DNA of 47,767 nucleotides from NCBI GenBank assembly GCA_043811395.1, contig JBDRNE010000037.1, positions 1 through 47,767 on the forward strand. The letters are read 5' to 3'. The notes below the pieces were generated by a model. That model had not been told where the DNA came from. It searched no databases and saw only the letters and a program-made list of their open reading frames with translations. The translations under genes were made by a program, and so were the position numbers. Below are positions 9,884 through 18,691 of this stretch, piece by piece. The number at the start of each line of letters is the position of its first letter. Positions within the stretch are counted from its first letter, which is position 1. The stretch comes from Candidatus Omnitrophota bacterium (GTDB taxonomy: Bacteria > Omnitrophota > Gorgyraeia > Tantalellales > Tantalellaceae).

Positions 9884-11086
9884 TTATTCCTTTTTAGAAA
9901 TAAGCATTTTCATTAAATCCCAGCCCTGCACTAAAGACAGACTCCCAGCTTTAGCTGATTTTTCCGAAAAAACCAAAACTTCGTCCGGCGTAATTCCTTT
10001 TCCGCACATTGCGAAGGGAACCGGATCAGAAGTATGGGTTCTCATATTTATCGGCGTGGGATGATCCGGCAGTATTAACGCCCGGTAATCGCCCCGCTTC
10101 GAAAGTTCCTTAATAACAGGCCCGGTTATTTTGCTATCAAAATTTTCTATAGCCTTTATTTTGGCATGTACATCTCCATTGTGCCCCGCTTCATCCGGAG
10201 CCTCAACATGAATGAAGGCCATATCCTTATGTTCCAAAATATCAAGCGCGGCCTGAGCTTTTCCTTCATAATTCGTATCATAATACCCTGTGGCTCCCGG
10301 AACCTCCGCAACTTCAAGCCCAAGTACACGCGCCATGCCTTTGAGTAAATCCACGGCTGATACCATTCCCCCTGAAATACCATAAGCATCATAAAAAGAA
10401 GGCATATCCGGCTTTCGTCCTTGTCCCCAAATCCATATCATATTTGCCGGATTTTGCCCTAAATCAATTCTAACTTTGTTTATATCGCAATCTTCCAATA
10501 CTCCCTTAGACCGCATCATTAATTCAACAAGTTCCGCATTTTTCGGTAAATATTTTGAAATATCTTTATCTAAAATATCATGCGGCGGGAAAAACTTTAT
10601 TTTCGATAATTTTTCAGCGTCTTCAGCGAAATCGCAACGCACTACAAGCAAATTTCTGTAACTAGTGCCTGTATAAAAATGAATTTTTTCATTTCCAAAA
10701 GCACCATTAAGCATTTCAACCAAAACAGACGTTTCAGTTGTAGTTATATGCCCCGCGCTATAATCCGCCATCTTGTTATCAGAAATGGTTACGGTATTAA
10801 ACCTAAACGCCACATCTTTTTCAGAAAGAGAGACCCCCAAATTAGCCGCTTCTAACGGACCTCTCCCGCAATAATATTTTTTGGGGTCATACCCTAGAAT
10901 TGAAAGGTTAGCTACATCGCTTGCCGGCGTCATGCCACGTGGGATATTATTCGCCATACCAACAACACCATTTCTGGCAATCATATCCATGTTTGGGGAA
11001 TTAGCCGCTTCCATACAAGTACTGTCATTTAGACTCTCCATTGGTATATCCGACATTCCATCAGGCACAAGTATTACATATTTCAC
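9884..11086 (-). CDS. apgM: Cofactor-independent phosphoglycerate mutase, ApgM family (proposed homoserine-kinase-like subgroup)
   Basis: PDGMSD, ASDVAN, DEAGH, PDHPTP, HTSDP; GTG start 11086 after GAGGAG. Confidence 0.9.
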   Translation of the reverse strand: MKYVILVPDGMSDIPMESLNDSTCMEAANSPNMDMIARNGVVGMANNIPRGMTPASDVANLSILGYDPKKYYCGRGPLEAANLGVSLSEKDVAFRFNTVTISDNKMADYSAGHITTTETSVLVEMLNGAFGNEKIHFYTGTSYRNLLVVRCDFAEDAEKLSKIKFFPPHDILDKDISKYLPKNAELVELMMRSKGVLEDCDINKVRIDLGQNPANMIWIWGQGRKPDMPSFYDAYGISGGMVSAVDLLKGMARVLGLEVAEVPGATGYYDTNYEGKAQAALDILEHKDMAFIHVEAPDEAGHNGDVHAKIKAIENFDSKITGPVIKELSKRGDYRALILPDHPTPINMRTHTSDPVPFAMCGKGITPDEVLVFSEKSAKAGSLSLVQGWDLMKMLISKKE

Positions 11087-11107
11087 TTTGGTCTCCTCAT
11101 ATTTATT

Positions 11108-11150
11108 AAATGACAAAATTTCCCGCCAAAGGCGTGGACTTTTGTCATTT
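11108..11150. repeat. 20-bp imperfect inverted repeat after the thrC stop
   Basis: AAATGACAAAATTTCCCGCC-AAA-GGCGTGGACTTTTGTCATTT, 3 mismatches. Confidence 0.7.
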
Positions 11151-11151
11151 G

Positions 11152-12222
11152 TCATTCTTGATCAAGTCCTGCCGCTCTTACAACATCATCCAAAGTTGCA
11201 TTCACCACCGTGGGATGCTTTAAACATTTTATCGCGCAATCAGGGTCTTTTAATCCGTGTCCGGTTAAAACACAAACAATATTTTTTTTGTCTCCTTTAT
11301 TAAGTACGGGGAAATATCCCTGTTTTGCTTTTTTAAAAACCCCGGCAACACTCGCGGCTGACGCGGGTTCACAAAAAACACCCACTTTATCAGCCAAAAA
11401 TCTGTACGCCTCAATGATCTCATCATCCGTAACTTTGTCAATAAGCCCTCCTGATTCATCTCTAGCGTTTTCAGCCTGTTTCCAACTTGCCGGATTGCCA
11501 ATTTTTATAGCCGTTGCCAAAGTTTTAGGTTCTTTAATAACTTTTCCATCAACTATAGGCGCTGATCCGGCGGCCTGAAAGCCCAGCATTTTAGGTAATT
11601 TATCTATTTTGTTTTTTTGTTTATATTCTGTATACCCTTTCCAATAAGCTGTAATATTACCCGCATTTCCAACCGGTAACGCGTGATAATCAGGCGCGAA
11701 CCCAAGTAAATCGCACACCTCGAACGCTCCTGTTTTCTGGCCTTCAATACGGTATGGATTGATTGAATTCACAAGTGTTACGGGATATTTTTCTGTAAGT
11801 TCACATACTATGCGCAAAGCATCATCAAAATTCCCTTTTACGGCTATGACACAAGCTCCATGTATAAGCGCTTGCGCGAGTTTACCAAGAGCAATAGCTC
11901 CTTCCGGAATAACAACAATACACTTTATTTTTGAACGCACCGCATAAGCCGCCGCAGAAGCGGAAGTATTACCTGTTGAAGCACATGCAATAGCTTTTGC
12001 ACCTTCTTCAACCGCTTTTGAAACAGCAAGAGTCATCCCCCTGTCTTTAAAACTTCCGGTAGGGTTTAACCCTTCATATTTTAACCATACTTTGTATCCC
12101 TGCCCAACTTTTTCAGCAATTGAATCCGCGGAGATAAGCGGAGTATCCCCTTCCTGTAAACTAATAATCGGCGTTTTTTCACTAACCGGAAGATGCTCTT
12201 TATACCGTTCTATGACTCCCAT
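11152..12222 (-). CDS. thrC: Threonine synthase
   Basis: NPTGSFKDRG PLP lysine, ASTGNTS, PVGNAGN, LTGHGLKDP; ATG 12222 after AAGGAG. Confidence 0.97.
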   Translation of the reverse strand: MGVIERYKEHLPVSEKTPIISLQEGDTPLISADSIAEKVGQGYKVWLKYEGLNPTGSFKDRGMTLAVSKAVEEGAKAIACASTGNTSASAAAYAVRSKIKCIVVIPEGAIALGKLAQALIHGACVIAVKGNFDDALRIVCELTEKYPVTLVNSINPYRIEGQKTGAFEVCDLLGFAPDYHALPVGNAGNITAYWKGYTEYKQKNKIDKLPKMLGFQAAGSAPIVDGKVIKEPKTLATAIKIGNPASWKQAENARDESGGLIDKVTDDEIIEAYRFLADKVGVFCEPASAASVAGVFKKAKQGYFPVLNKGDKKNIVCVLTGHGLKDPDCAIKCLKHPTVVNATLDDVVRAAGLDQE

Positions 12223-12285
12223 GTTTCTCCTTGTATTTTGTTGCCGTTTTGCAAAGGCCGACCAGAAATGAAAAACTTGCACCTT

Positions 12286-12320
12286 CTCTATTCACCAACC
12301 ACTATTCACCTTTCACTATT
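12286..12320. repeat. Heptamer array (5 units, CACTATT/CACCNNN) right after the hom stop
   Basis: ctctatt caccaac cactatt caccttt cactatt. Confidence 0.75.
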
Positions 12321-13619
12321 TCATTCTTCAATCCTTATCACAACTGTTTTCTTGGTCACATAATCCATAGCATTAATCTTTGCAATGGCTTTACGCATAT
12401 TTCCTTCTTTTGCCTTATGCGTTAATATAACAACCGGAACCGTCTTCCCTTCTTTTCTTTCCTCCTGCGAAACATTGGCAATGCTTATACTGTTTTTGGC
12501 AAGAATTGAAGATATGCTTGCTAGAACTCCGGGTCTATCAATAACTGAAAAACGCGTATAAAACGGAACTTCCAGTTCTTCAATTTTTTTTATATTTTTT
12601 TCTTCGCGGGCATAATCTAAATTATACGGCAACGTGTTCCTTTTACTTACAAAAGCGATCTGCCTGGCAATCTCTACAATGTCTCCCAAAACCGATGTTG
12701 AAGTAGGTTTGCTTCCCGCGCCTTTGCCTAAAAGGAGCGATTCCCCGACAAGATTTCCTTTCACAAAAATAGCGTTATTCGTCCCGGATACACCGGAAAG
12801 AAGATGTGTCGCCTTTAACAGCGTGGGATGCACTCTAAGCTGTAATAATCCCCCGTCTTTTTTAGCTATTGCTAAAAGTTTAATGCTATATCCCCATTTA
12901 CCGGCATTAGACAAATCTTGCGCCTCGATCATACTAATTCCTTCGGTATAAATGTTACCAGGCGGAACGTATCGTCCGAAGGCAAGCAAACTAAGTATTG
13001 CTAGTTTATGCGCGCTATCTTTCCCGCTTATATCCAACTCCGGATTCTTTTCCGCGATACCTTTTTGCTGAGCACTTTTAAGGGCAGTTTTAAAAGCGCA
13101 GGCTTTTTCCAATATTTCCGTTAATATAAAATTAGTCGTTCCATTTAGAATTCCATAGATGGTGCTGATATCGTCAGCTATAAAACTTTTTTGTATAACA
13201 CGAATAACCGGAATAGCTCCGCCGACACTAGCCTCGAAATTCACAAATAAATTATTTCTTACGGCCACATCAAAAATAGGTTTCCAATGTTTTGAAATCA
13301 GTTCCTTATTCGCTGTTACAATATGTTTTTTGTTTTCTAAGGCACTTAATATAATCTTTTTGGCGGGGTTAACTCCGCCAATAAGCTCTACAACAATATC
13401 GATATCTTTATCTAAAAGAATAGCGTCCGCGGAAAATTGTTTGGCAACTGTTTTATCCTTTATACTTTTTAGCGCTTTTTTGTCCGTATCACACACACTT
13501 TTAACTTTAAGAACCACACCTGTTTTCTTAGCAATCAAAGAGCCGTTACTCTTAATAGCAGAATAAACGCCCCTACCTATGGTACCTAGCCCAATTATGC
13601 CTATATTTACGGATTTCAT
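12321..13619 (-). CDS. hom: Homoserine dehydrogenase with ACT domain
   Basis: GLGTIG, VTANK, FEASVGGAIP, GILNGTTN, DRPGVL. Confidence 0.97.
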   Translation of the reverse strand: MKSVNIGIIGLGTIGRGVYSAIKSNGSLIAKKTGVVLKVKSVCDTDKKALKSIKDKTVAKQFSADAILLDKDIDIVVELIGGVNPAKKIILSALENKKHIVTANKELISKHWKPIFDVAVRNNLFVNFEASVGGAIPVIRVIQKSFIADDISTIYGILNGTTNFILTEILEKACAFKTALKSAQQKGIAEKNPELDISGKDSAHKLAILSLLAFGRYVPPGNIYTEGISMIEAQDLSNAGKWGYSIKLLAIAKKDGGLLQLRVHPTLLKATHLLSGVSGTNNAIFVKGNLVGESLLLGKGAGSKPTSTSVLGDIVEIARQIAFVSKRNTLPYNLDYAREEKNIKKIEELEVPFYTRFSVIDRPGVLASISSILAKNSISIANVSQEERKEGKTVPVVILTHKAKEGNMRKAIAKINAMDYVTKKTVVIRIEE

Positions 13620-13640
13620 CTAATTCTCCAATCGTATTTC

Positions 13641-13672
13641 TGTAAAAGAACAGGCATCCCTGTTTTTTTACA
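13641..13672. terminator. Terminator-like hairpin downstream of tRNA-Pro
   Basis: TGTAAAAGAACAGG-CATC-CCTGTTTTTTTACA. Confidence 0.6.
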
Positions 13673-13688
13673 ACCCGCCAACCAAAAT

Positions 13689-13766
13689 TGGTCGGGACGG
13701 CCGGATTCGAACCGGCGGCCCCTAGTCCCCCAGACTAGTACGCTAGCCAGACTGCGCCACGTCCCG
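13689..13766 (-). tRNA. tRNA-Pro(GGG), CCA encoded
   Basis: Acceptor stem CGGGACG/CGTCCCG, anticodon arm CTAGT-CTGGGGG-ACTAG, GGTTCGAATCC, ACCA end. Confidence 0.97.
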
Positions 13767-13787
13767 TGTTATTCTAAAAATTTCTAC

Positions 13788-14780
13788 TTAGTTTATATAT
13801 TCTTTTTCTTCTTTCGCGGATCGTGTCATCAGTTCTTTTACCGCGAGAGCGGGAGACTTTCCCTGATAAATAACCTCATATACTTTTTCTGTTATGGGCA
13901 TTTCTATATTGTGTTTTGCGGCCAAATCCCGAGCCGATTTACATGTAGCCACGCCTTCCACAACTACTTCCGTACCGCTCATTATCTCCTGTACCGTTCT
14001 CCCTTTACCAATTTGTTCTCCAAACCATCTGTTCCGGCTTTGACCGCTGATACAAGTTGTTGCCAAATCTCCGATCCCACTCAACCCGCTAAAAGTTTCC
14101 CTATCCGCTCCAAGCTTTACTCCAAGCCTTGTTATTTCAGCAAGGCCTCTCGTTAAAATTGCCGCTTTTGAATTTGTCCCAAAACCTAATCCGTCAGAAA
14201 TACCGGCGGCTATGGCTATAATGTTTTTTAACGCTCCTCCCAGTTCAACCCCCACGAGATCTTTGGAAGTATATACTCGAAAATTCTCAGAAATAAGTAA
14301 ATTCTGTATTTTCGTACCATCGTTATTATTTGAAGCAACAACAACTGTAGTCGGAATACATTTAGCAACTTCATATGAAATACTCGGCCCGGACAAAACG
14401 CTAATGTTATTAGAAGGAAAACAGTCTGATAATATTTCTGAAGGTCGCTTTAATGATCCGTTTTCTATGCCCTTAACCGCGCTAATGATATGCTTAAATT
14501 TGCCGTCACAAAACCTTTTCGCGATTGAACTTAAATATTCGCAAGGAACAACAAAAAACGCGTAGTCCGAATCTTTTATTATAGAATCATCCGATGTAAT
14601 TCTTAAATCTCTGGGCAAAGAAACCCCTTTAAGAAATTTTACATTTTCTCTTGTTTTGTTAAGATACTCCGCGTAATCGGAAGAAACGCTCCACAGTACA
14701 GGATTTGTTCCTTTTGAATATAACAATAACGCCAGAGCTGTTCCCCAGCCGCCATCTCCTATCACACAAACTTTGCTCAT
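13788..14780 (-). CDS. gpsA: NAD(P)H-dependent glycerol-3-phosphate dehydrogenase
   Basis: GDGGWG, LSGPS, GGALKN, GIGDLATTC..SRNR; likely start ATG 14780. Confidence 0.96.
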   Translation of the reverse strand: MSKVCVIGDGGWGTALALLLYSKGTNPVLWSVSSDYAEYLNKTRENVKFLKGVSLPRDLRITSDDSIIKDSDYAFFVVPCEYLSSIAKRFCDGKFKHIISAVKGIENGSLKRPSEILSDCFPSNNISVLSGPSISYEVAKCIPTTVVVASNNNDGTKIQNLLISENFRVYTSKDLVGVELGGALKNIIAIAAGISDGLGFGTNSKAAILTRGLAEITRLGVKLGADRETFSGLSGIGDLATTCISGQSRNRWFGEQIGKGRTVQEIMSGTEVVVEGVATCKSARDLAAKHNIEMPITEKVYEVIYQGKSPALAVKELMTRSAKEEKEYIN

Positions 14781-14791
14781 AATAACTACAA

Positions 14792-14820
14792 AGTTTAGCA
14801 TATATGATTTTTATAGTCAA
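14792..14820 (-). promoter_or_regulatory. Sigma70-type promoter for gpsA
   Basis: TTGACT-17 bp-TAAACT with a TGn extension. Confidence 0.6.
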
Positions 14821-14861
14821 TATTATTGGAGAAATAAAGAATCACGGTAGGTATTACGCAT

Positions 14862-14900
14862 AAAAAATGGGTAATGTCTCTAATAACACACATTACCCAT
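14862..14900 (-). terminator. Rho-independent terminator
   Basis: Perfect 11-bp IR ATGGGTAATGT/ACATTACCCAT followed by a T-run on the minus strand. Confidence 0.75.
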
Positions 14901-14933
14901 AACAGTATTATGTGACTTGAAAACCAGAAATTC

Positions 14934-15047
14934 TTATTTTTTCAACGCCATTTCAGTTAAAAACATCTGCAATCTAAGAATATTCAGTTTCCATAACGCT
15001 AACATTAGCACAAAGATATGCGCAAATTTGTGTAGTGTGTTTTCCAT
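14934..15047 (-). CDS. Putative 37-aa hydrophobic peptide (below the ORF-track cutoff)
   Basis: MENTLHKFAHIFVLMLALWKLNILRLQMFLTEMALKK; GAAGGT SD; terminator follows. Confidence 0.5.
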   Translation of the reverse strand: MENTLHKFAHIFVLMLALWKLNILRLQMFLTEMALKK

Positions 15048-15082
15048 GAGATACCTTCTTTGCAATAATTTTTAAATCTATC

Positions 15083-15457
15083 CTATTCGTCTATCTGGAT
15101 TCTGATTTCATTAATGTACACTATCCTATAAGCCGTGTTACTATGTATGACAAAAAATTCACCAAGAACCTTGCATATTACCTTGTTTTCGCCTGTTCTG
15201 GTATCAATATGCCTTAAAACATGACAATTTTTACGGCACCCCTCACTCTTTTTATCGCATATCCAATTCCTTAACTCTTGAATATCTTCTGAAATGTATT
15301 TTTCCCTAATAAAACACTTATAGATCTTTTTACGGGACACTTTGGCCTCGTTTATCACTCCCGTATCCAAATTAGGCCACGCACTGATTTCTTCCATAGA
15401 AACTTCATGCTTATTCGGATTATTTCCCCTCAGATCTCGATAAACTAGTTTCTTCAT
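15083..15457 (-). CDS. Hypothetical protein, 124 aa
   Basis: AGGTGA SD, own promoter, no recognised motif. Confidence 0.75.
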   Translation of the reverse strand: MKKLVYRDLRGNNPNKHEVSMEEISAWPNLDTGVINEAKVSRKKIYKCFIREKYISEDIQELRNWICDKKSEGCRKNCHVLRHIDTRTGENKVICKVLGEFFVIHSNTAYRIVYINEIRIQIDE

Positions 15458-15537
15458 AACTCACCTGCCTTTACTTTTTAAAAATCTTTAAAAAGTAAGC
15501 AAAAAAAAACTTTCTTTCTTCTCTGTTAACTATATTT

Positions 15538-15565
15538 AGTATACGTGATTCTACGAAAAAAGCAA
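15538..15565 (-). promoter_or_regulatory. Sigma70-type promoter for the 124-aa gene
   Basis: TTGCTT-16 bp-TATACT. Confidence 0.5.
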
Positions 15566-15588
15566 CTTTTGGCTCTATTTTTTTTAAC

Positions 15589-16200
15589 CTAACTTTTACT
15601 CTCTTTTCCCTGAATTAACCGTTTTATATTTGTGCGGTGAGAATAAACCCCAACCATTGTTAAAACGGCGCAAAAAACAACAAAATCTATGTTTTGATCC
15701 GTTATAACCGCAAATAAAGGTAAGCTTACTGCCGCTACTATGGAAGCTACAGAAACGTATCTTGTCGCGAAAAACACAACCACCCACACTACAACGCACA
15801 ATATAAAAACCAATGGGGCGAGCCCTGCAACCACCCCCATCGTTGTCGACACACCTTTGCCTCCTTTAAACCTCAAAAAAACTGTCCATATGTGTCCGCA
15901 TATAGCCGCAGTCCCTAAAATAAAATAAAAATACTTGTAGGATAAAATGCTCGAAAAAGGCGCGAATTGTTGAAAAACAAGTGGTAGTAATGTAACTACC
16001 GCAAAACCTTTAAAAAAATCTACAACAAAAACAATTCTACCAGGAACTTTTCCTATAGTTCTGACTACATTCGTAGCGCCTACATTACCGCTCCCATGTT
16101 CCCGAATATCAATTCCCCTTAACACTTTTCCAAACACATACGCCGTAGGTATTGACCCTATGATATAGGCGCAAATAACAGCTAAAATTAAAGATATCAT
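15589..16200 (-). CDS. plsY: Glycerol-3-phosphate acyltransferase PlsY
   Basis: GSIP, GSGNVGATN, FKGGKGV, HRTNIKRL. Confidence 0.96.
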   Translation of the reverse strand: MISLILAVICAYIIGSIPTAYVFGKVLRGIDIREHGSGNVGATNVVRTIGKVPGRIVFVVDFFKGFAVVTLLPLVFQQFAPFSSILSYKYFYFILGTAAICGHIWTVFLRFKGGKGVSTTMGVVAGLAPLVFILCVVVWVVVFFATRYVSVASIVAAVSLPLFAVITDQNIDFVVFCAVLTMVGVYSHRTNIKRLIQGKESKS

Positions 16201-17555
16201 CTTCTTTCCTTCCTAGATTTTCTCATAAAAACCTTTATTGGAATACCTGTAATCGGCAGGTTTTCCCGAAGTTTATTTTCGATATAATTTAAATGTGAAG
16301 GCAGTACACTTGAAGGGTCATTAACAAAAAACTTAAATTCAACAGGACGTTGACTGCTTTGTACAATATAAAGAAAATTAGGTCTTTTTTTTCTTCTTGG
16401 TACCGGCACCTTTGAAGGACTATTCTTTTTAAAAATAGCATTTAAAAATGGTGTGGAAACCCTTAAATCAAGATTTAAATTTAAAACTTTGATTATTGAA
16501 AGTGAAGAAATAACATTTTTGCCTGTTTTGGCGGAAATAAATTCAATGGGAAACTTTGAAAGCCTGTTAGCCGCATAAATTAAACGTTCTCTGTAAATAT
16601 CTTTTGTTACGTCCTCAGTCTCTTCTGCCAAATCCCACTTATTAACAAGGATGAGACACGCTTTGCCGTTTTCTTCGATAAAATCTATTATACTCAAATC
16701 ATCTTTAGTTACCCCGCTTGCCGCGTCAAGCAATAACACGATTATATCCGCTCTCTTAATTGATTCTTTTGATCTCATTATACTAAAAACATCAACCGGC
16801 TCTTTTATCTTGCGCTTATGACGCATCCCGGCGGTATCGATTAAAAGATACTCATCCTCTTCATAGATAAAACTGGTATCAATAGAATCACGAGTTGTTC
16901 CCGGGATATCACTAACTATAACACGATTGCGCTCCAATAAATTGTTTACAAAAGATGATTTACCCACATTCGGCCGACCGACAACAGCTATCTTAAGCGG
17001 TTCTTTTTCATCTGACGCGTCCAAATATTCCTCTCCATCTTCTTCATCTTTCAATTCCGCGAAAAGCCGCTCTCTTAACGTGCGTATACCACGCCTGTGT
17101 AAACAGGATATTTCTTCAGGCTTGCCAAATCCCAGCTGAAAAAACTCAACCGCGTCATCAGCTAATTTATCATTATCAATTTTATTCGCGGCAACAATTA
17201 CAGGTTTATTAAATTTACGCAAAAGCACGGCTATTTCTTTATCGGAAGGCACAACCCCGCTAACACAATCAGTTACAAACAATATGAGAGACGCTTCTTC
17301 CATTGCCCGGCATATCTGATCCTTCACTTGCAGAGAAAGCTCGTCATTATCCTCCGCTAAATAACCTCCGGTATCTACCAGTTTAATTTTCAAACTATTT
17401 ATGGTTATTATGGCCTCAACGCGGTCACGGGTAGTTCCGGATTGTTCTACAACCACAGCCCGTCTTTTTTTAAATAAGCAATTAAAAAGAGACGATTTCC
17501 CGACATTAGGACGGCCAACAATACACACTGTAACAATATTTTTACGTTTTTCCAT
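16197..17555 (-). CDS. der: Ribosome biogenesis GTPase Der
   Basis: Two GRPNVGKSS/GTTRD G-domains plus a KH-like C-terminus. Confidence 0.96.
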   Translation of the reverse strand: MEKRKNIVTVCIVGRPNVGKSSLFNCLFKKRRAVVVEQSGTTRDRVEAIITINSLKIKLVDTGGYLAEDNDELSLQVKDQICRAMEEASLILFVTDCVSGVVPSDKEIAVLLRKFNKPVIVAANKIDNDKLADDAVEFFQLGFGKPEEISCLHRRGIRTLRERLFAELKDEEDGEEYLDASDEKEPLKIAVVGRPNVGKSSFVNNLLERNRVIVSDIPGTTRDSIDTSFIYEEDEYLLIDTAGMRHKRKIKEPVDVFSIMRSKESIKRADIIVLLLDAASGVTKDDLSIIDFIEENGKACLILVNKWDLAEETEDVTKDIYRERLIYAANRLSKFPIEFISAKTGKNVISSLSIIKVLNLNLDLRVSTPFLNAIFKKNSPSKVPVPRRKKRPNFLYIVQSSQRPVEFKFFVNDPSSVLPSHLNYIENKLRENLPITGIPIKVFMRKSRKERR

Positions 17556-18075
17556 TAATTTGATAGGATCCTATTCTTATATAATCTATCCCTGAAACGA
17601 TTGTCAATAAAACCATTACATTCCAGATCCAGGGTGAATAAACACATCTCAGTAATACTAAAATAATCGTAAGCATCTGAAAAAAAGTGGTAATTTTTCC
17701 TAAAACTGTTGGTCTAATATCAATTTTCCCGGCCAAGAGATAGATTATCATAACTCCCAACAGAATTATCACGTCACGAAAAATAACAACTATCGGGACA
17801 TATATCGGCATATTAAGATATTCTGGGAGACCTTTCACAATACTAAAACTGATAAAAGCGCTCGCTAAAAGCATTTTATCCGCAATTGGATCCATAATCG
17901 CACCGAACTTTGTTTTTTCATTGCGTGTGCGCGCGATATATCCATCCAAAGCATCCGTAATAGTAGCTATCATAAAGAGCAGAAGAGCAATACTTAATTT
18001 ATGATAGAGCACCGCCGCTATAAACACCGGAACCAATATTATCCGGCATATTGTCAATCTGTTTGCCCAGTTCAT
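17542..18075 (-). CDS. pgsA: CDP-diacylglycerol--glycerol-3-phosphate phosphatidyltransferase
   Basis: DALDGYIAR..G..DPIADK CDP-alcohol phosphotransferase motif. Confidence 0.88.
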   Translation of the reverse strand: MNWANRLTICRIILVPVFIAAVLYHKLSIALLLFMIATITDALDGYIARTRNEKTKFGAIMDPIADKMLLASAFISFSIVKGLPEYLNMPIYVPIVVIFRDVIILLGVMIIYLLAGKIDIRPTVLGKITTFFQMLTIILVLLRCVYSPWIWNVMVLLTIVSGIDYIRIGSYQINGKT

Positions 18076-18097
18076 ATCACCTCTCTACTTTATCCTG

Positions 18098-18691
18098 CTA
18101 ATAATCTTCCGTGATAAGATGAATTCGTTTTATTGGCCAATGAATCAAAAAAGCCCTACCCACAAGATTTTTATCAGGAACAAACCCCCAATATCTCGAA
18201 TCCAGTGAATTAGCGCTGTTATCTCCTAGCGCATAAAAAGAACCCTCAGGAACAGTAATTACTTTATTCTCTACGCCAAATTCTCCGCGACCATAATAAA
18301 AGAACTTATTGAACGGGGACCCCTGTATTGCTTTCCCGTTAATGAACAACTCCCCGTCTGTAATCCGGATAGTATCTCCCTCTCCGGCGATATAACGCTT
18401 TACTAAATATTTTTTCTTTTCAATCGGAGACAAAAATACAACTATATCGCCAAGTTTTGGATCCCGCAATTTTGGAAGTTTTATGCCAGTAAACGGCACT
18501 TTAGCGCCGTATATAAATTTATTCACAAAAATCCTGTCACCAATCTTAAGCGTCGGATACATAGAACTTGAGGGAATCTTAAATGGCTGAGCAATAAATG
18601 TCCTTATTAAAAGAGCCAGAAGTACCGCAACTAATATAGGTTTTGCCCACTCTTCCCATAAATAAATCCATGTTTTATTTGTAAGCTTCAT
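18098..18691 (-). CDS. lepB: Signal peptidase I
   Basis: IPSSSMYPTL, VKR, GDN..NSLDSRYWG; ATG overlaps the lepA TGA. Confidence 0.96.
   Translation of the reverse strand: MKLTNKTWIYLWEEWAKPILVAVLLALLIRTFIAQPFKIPSSSMYPTLKIGDRIFVNKFIYGAKVPFTGIKLPKLRDPKLGDIVVFLSPIEKKKYLVKRYIAGEGDTIRITDGELFINGKAIQGSPFNKFFYYGRGEFGVENKVITVPEGSFYALGDNSANSLDSRYWGFVPDKNLVGRAFLIHWPIKRIHLITEDY

Noticed and set aside
13689-13766. tRNA-Pro as an integration site
   Set aside because: No integrase, no duplicated tRNA 3' end seen, and both flanks are housekeeping genes.
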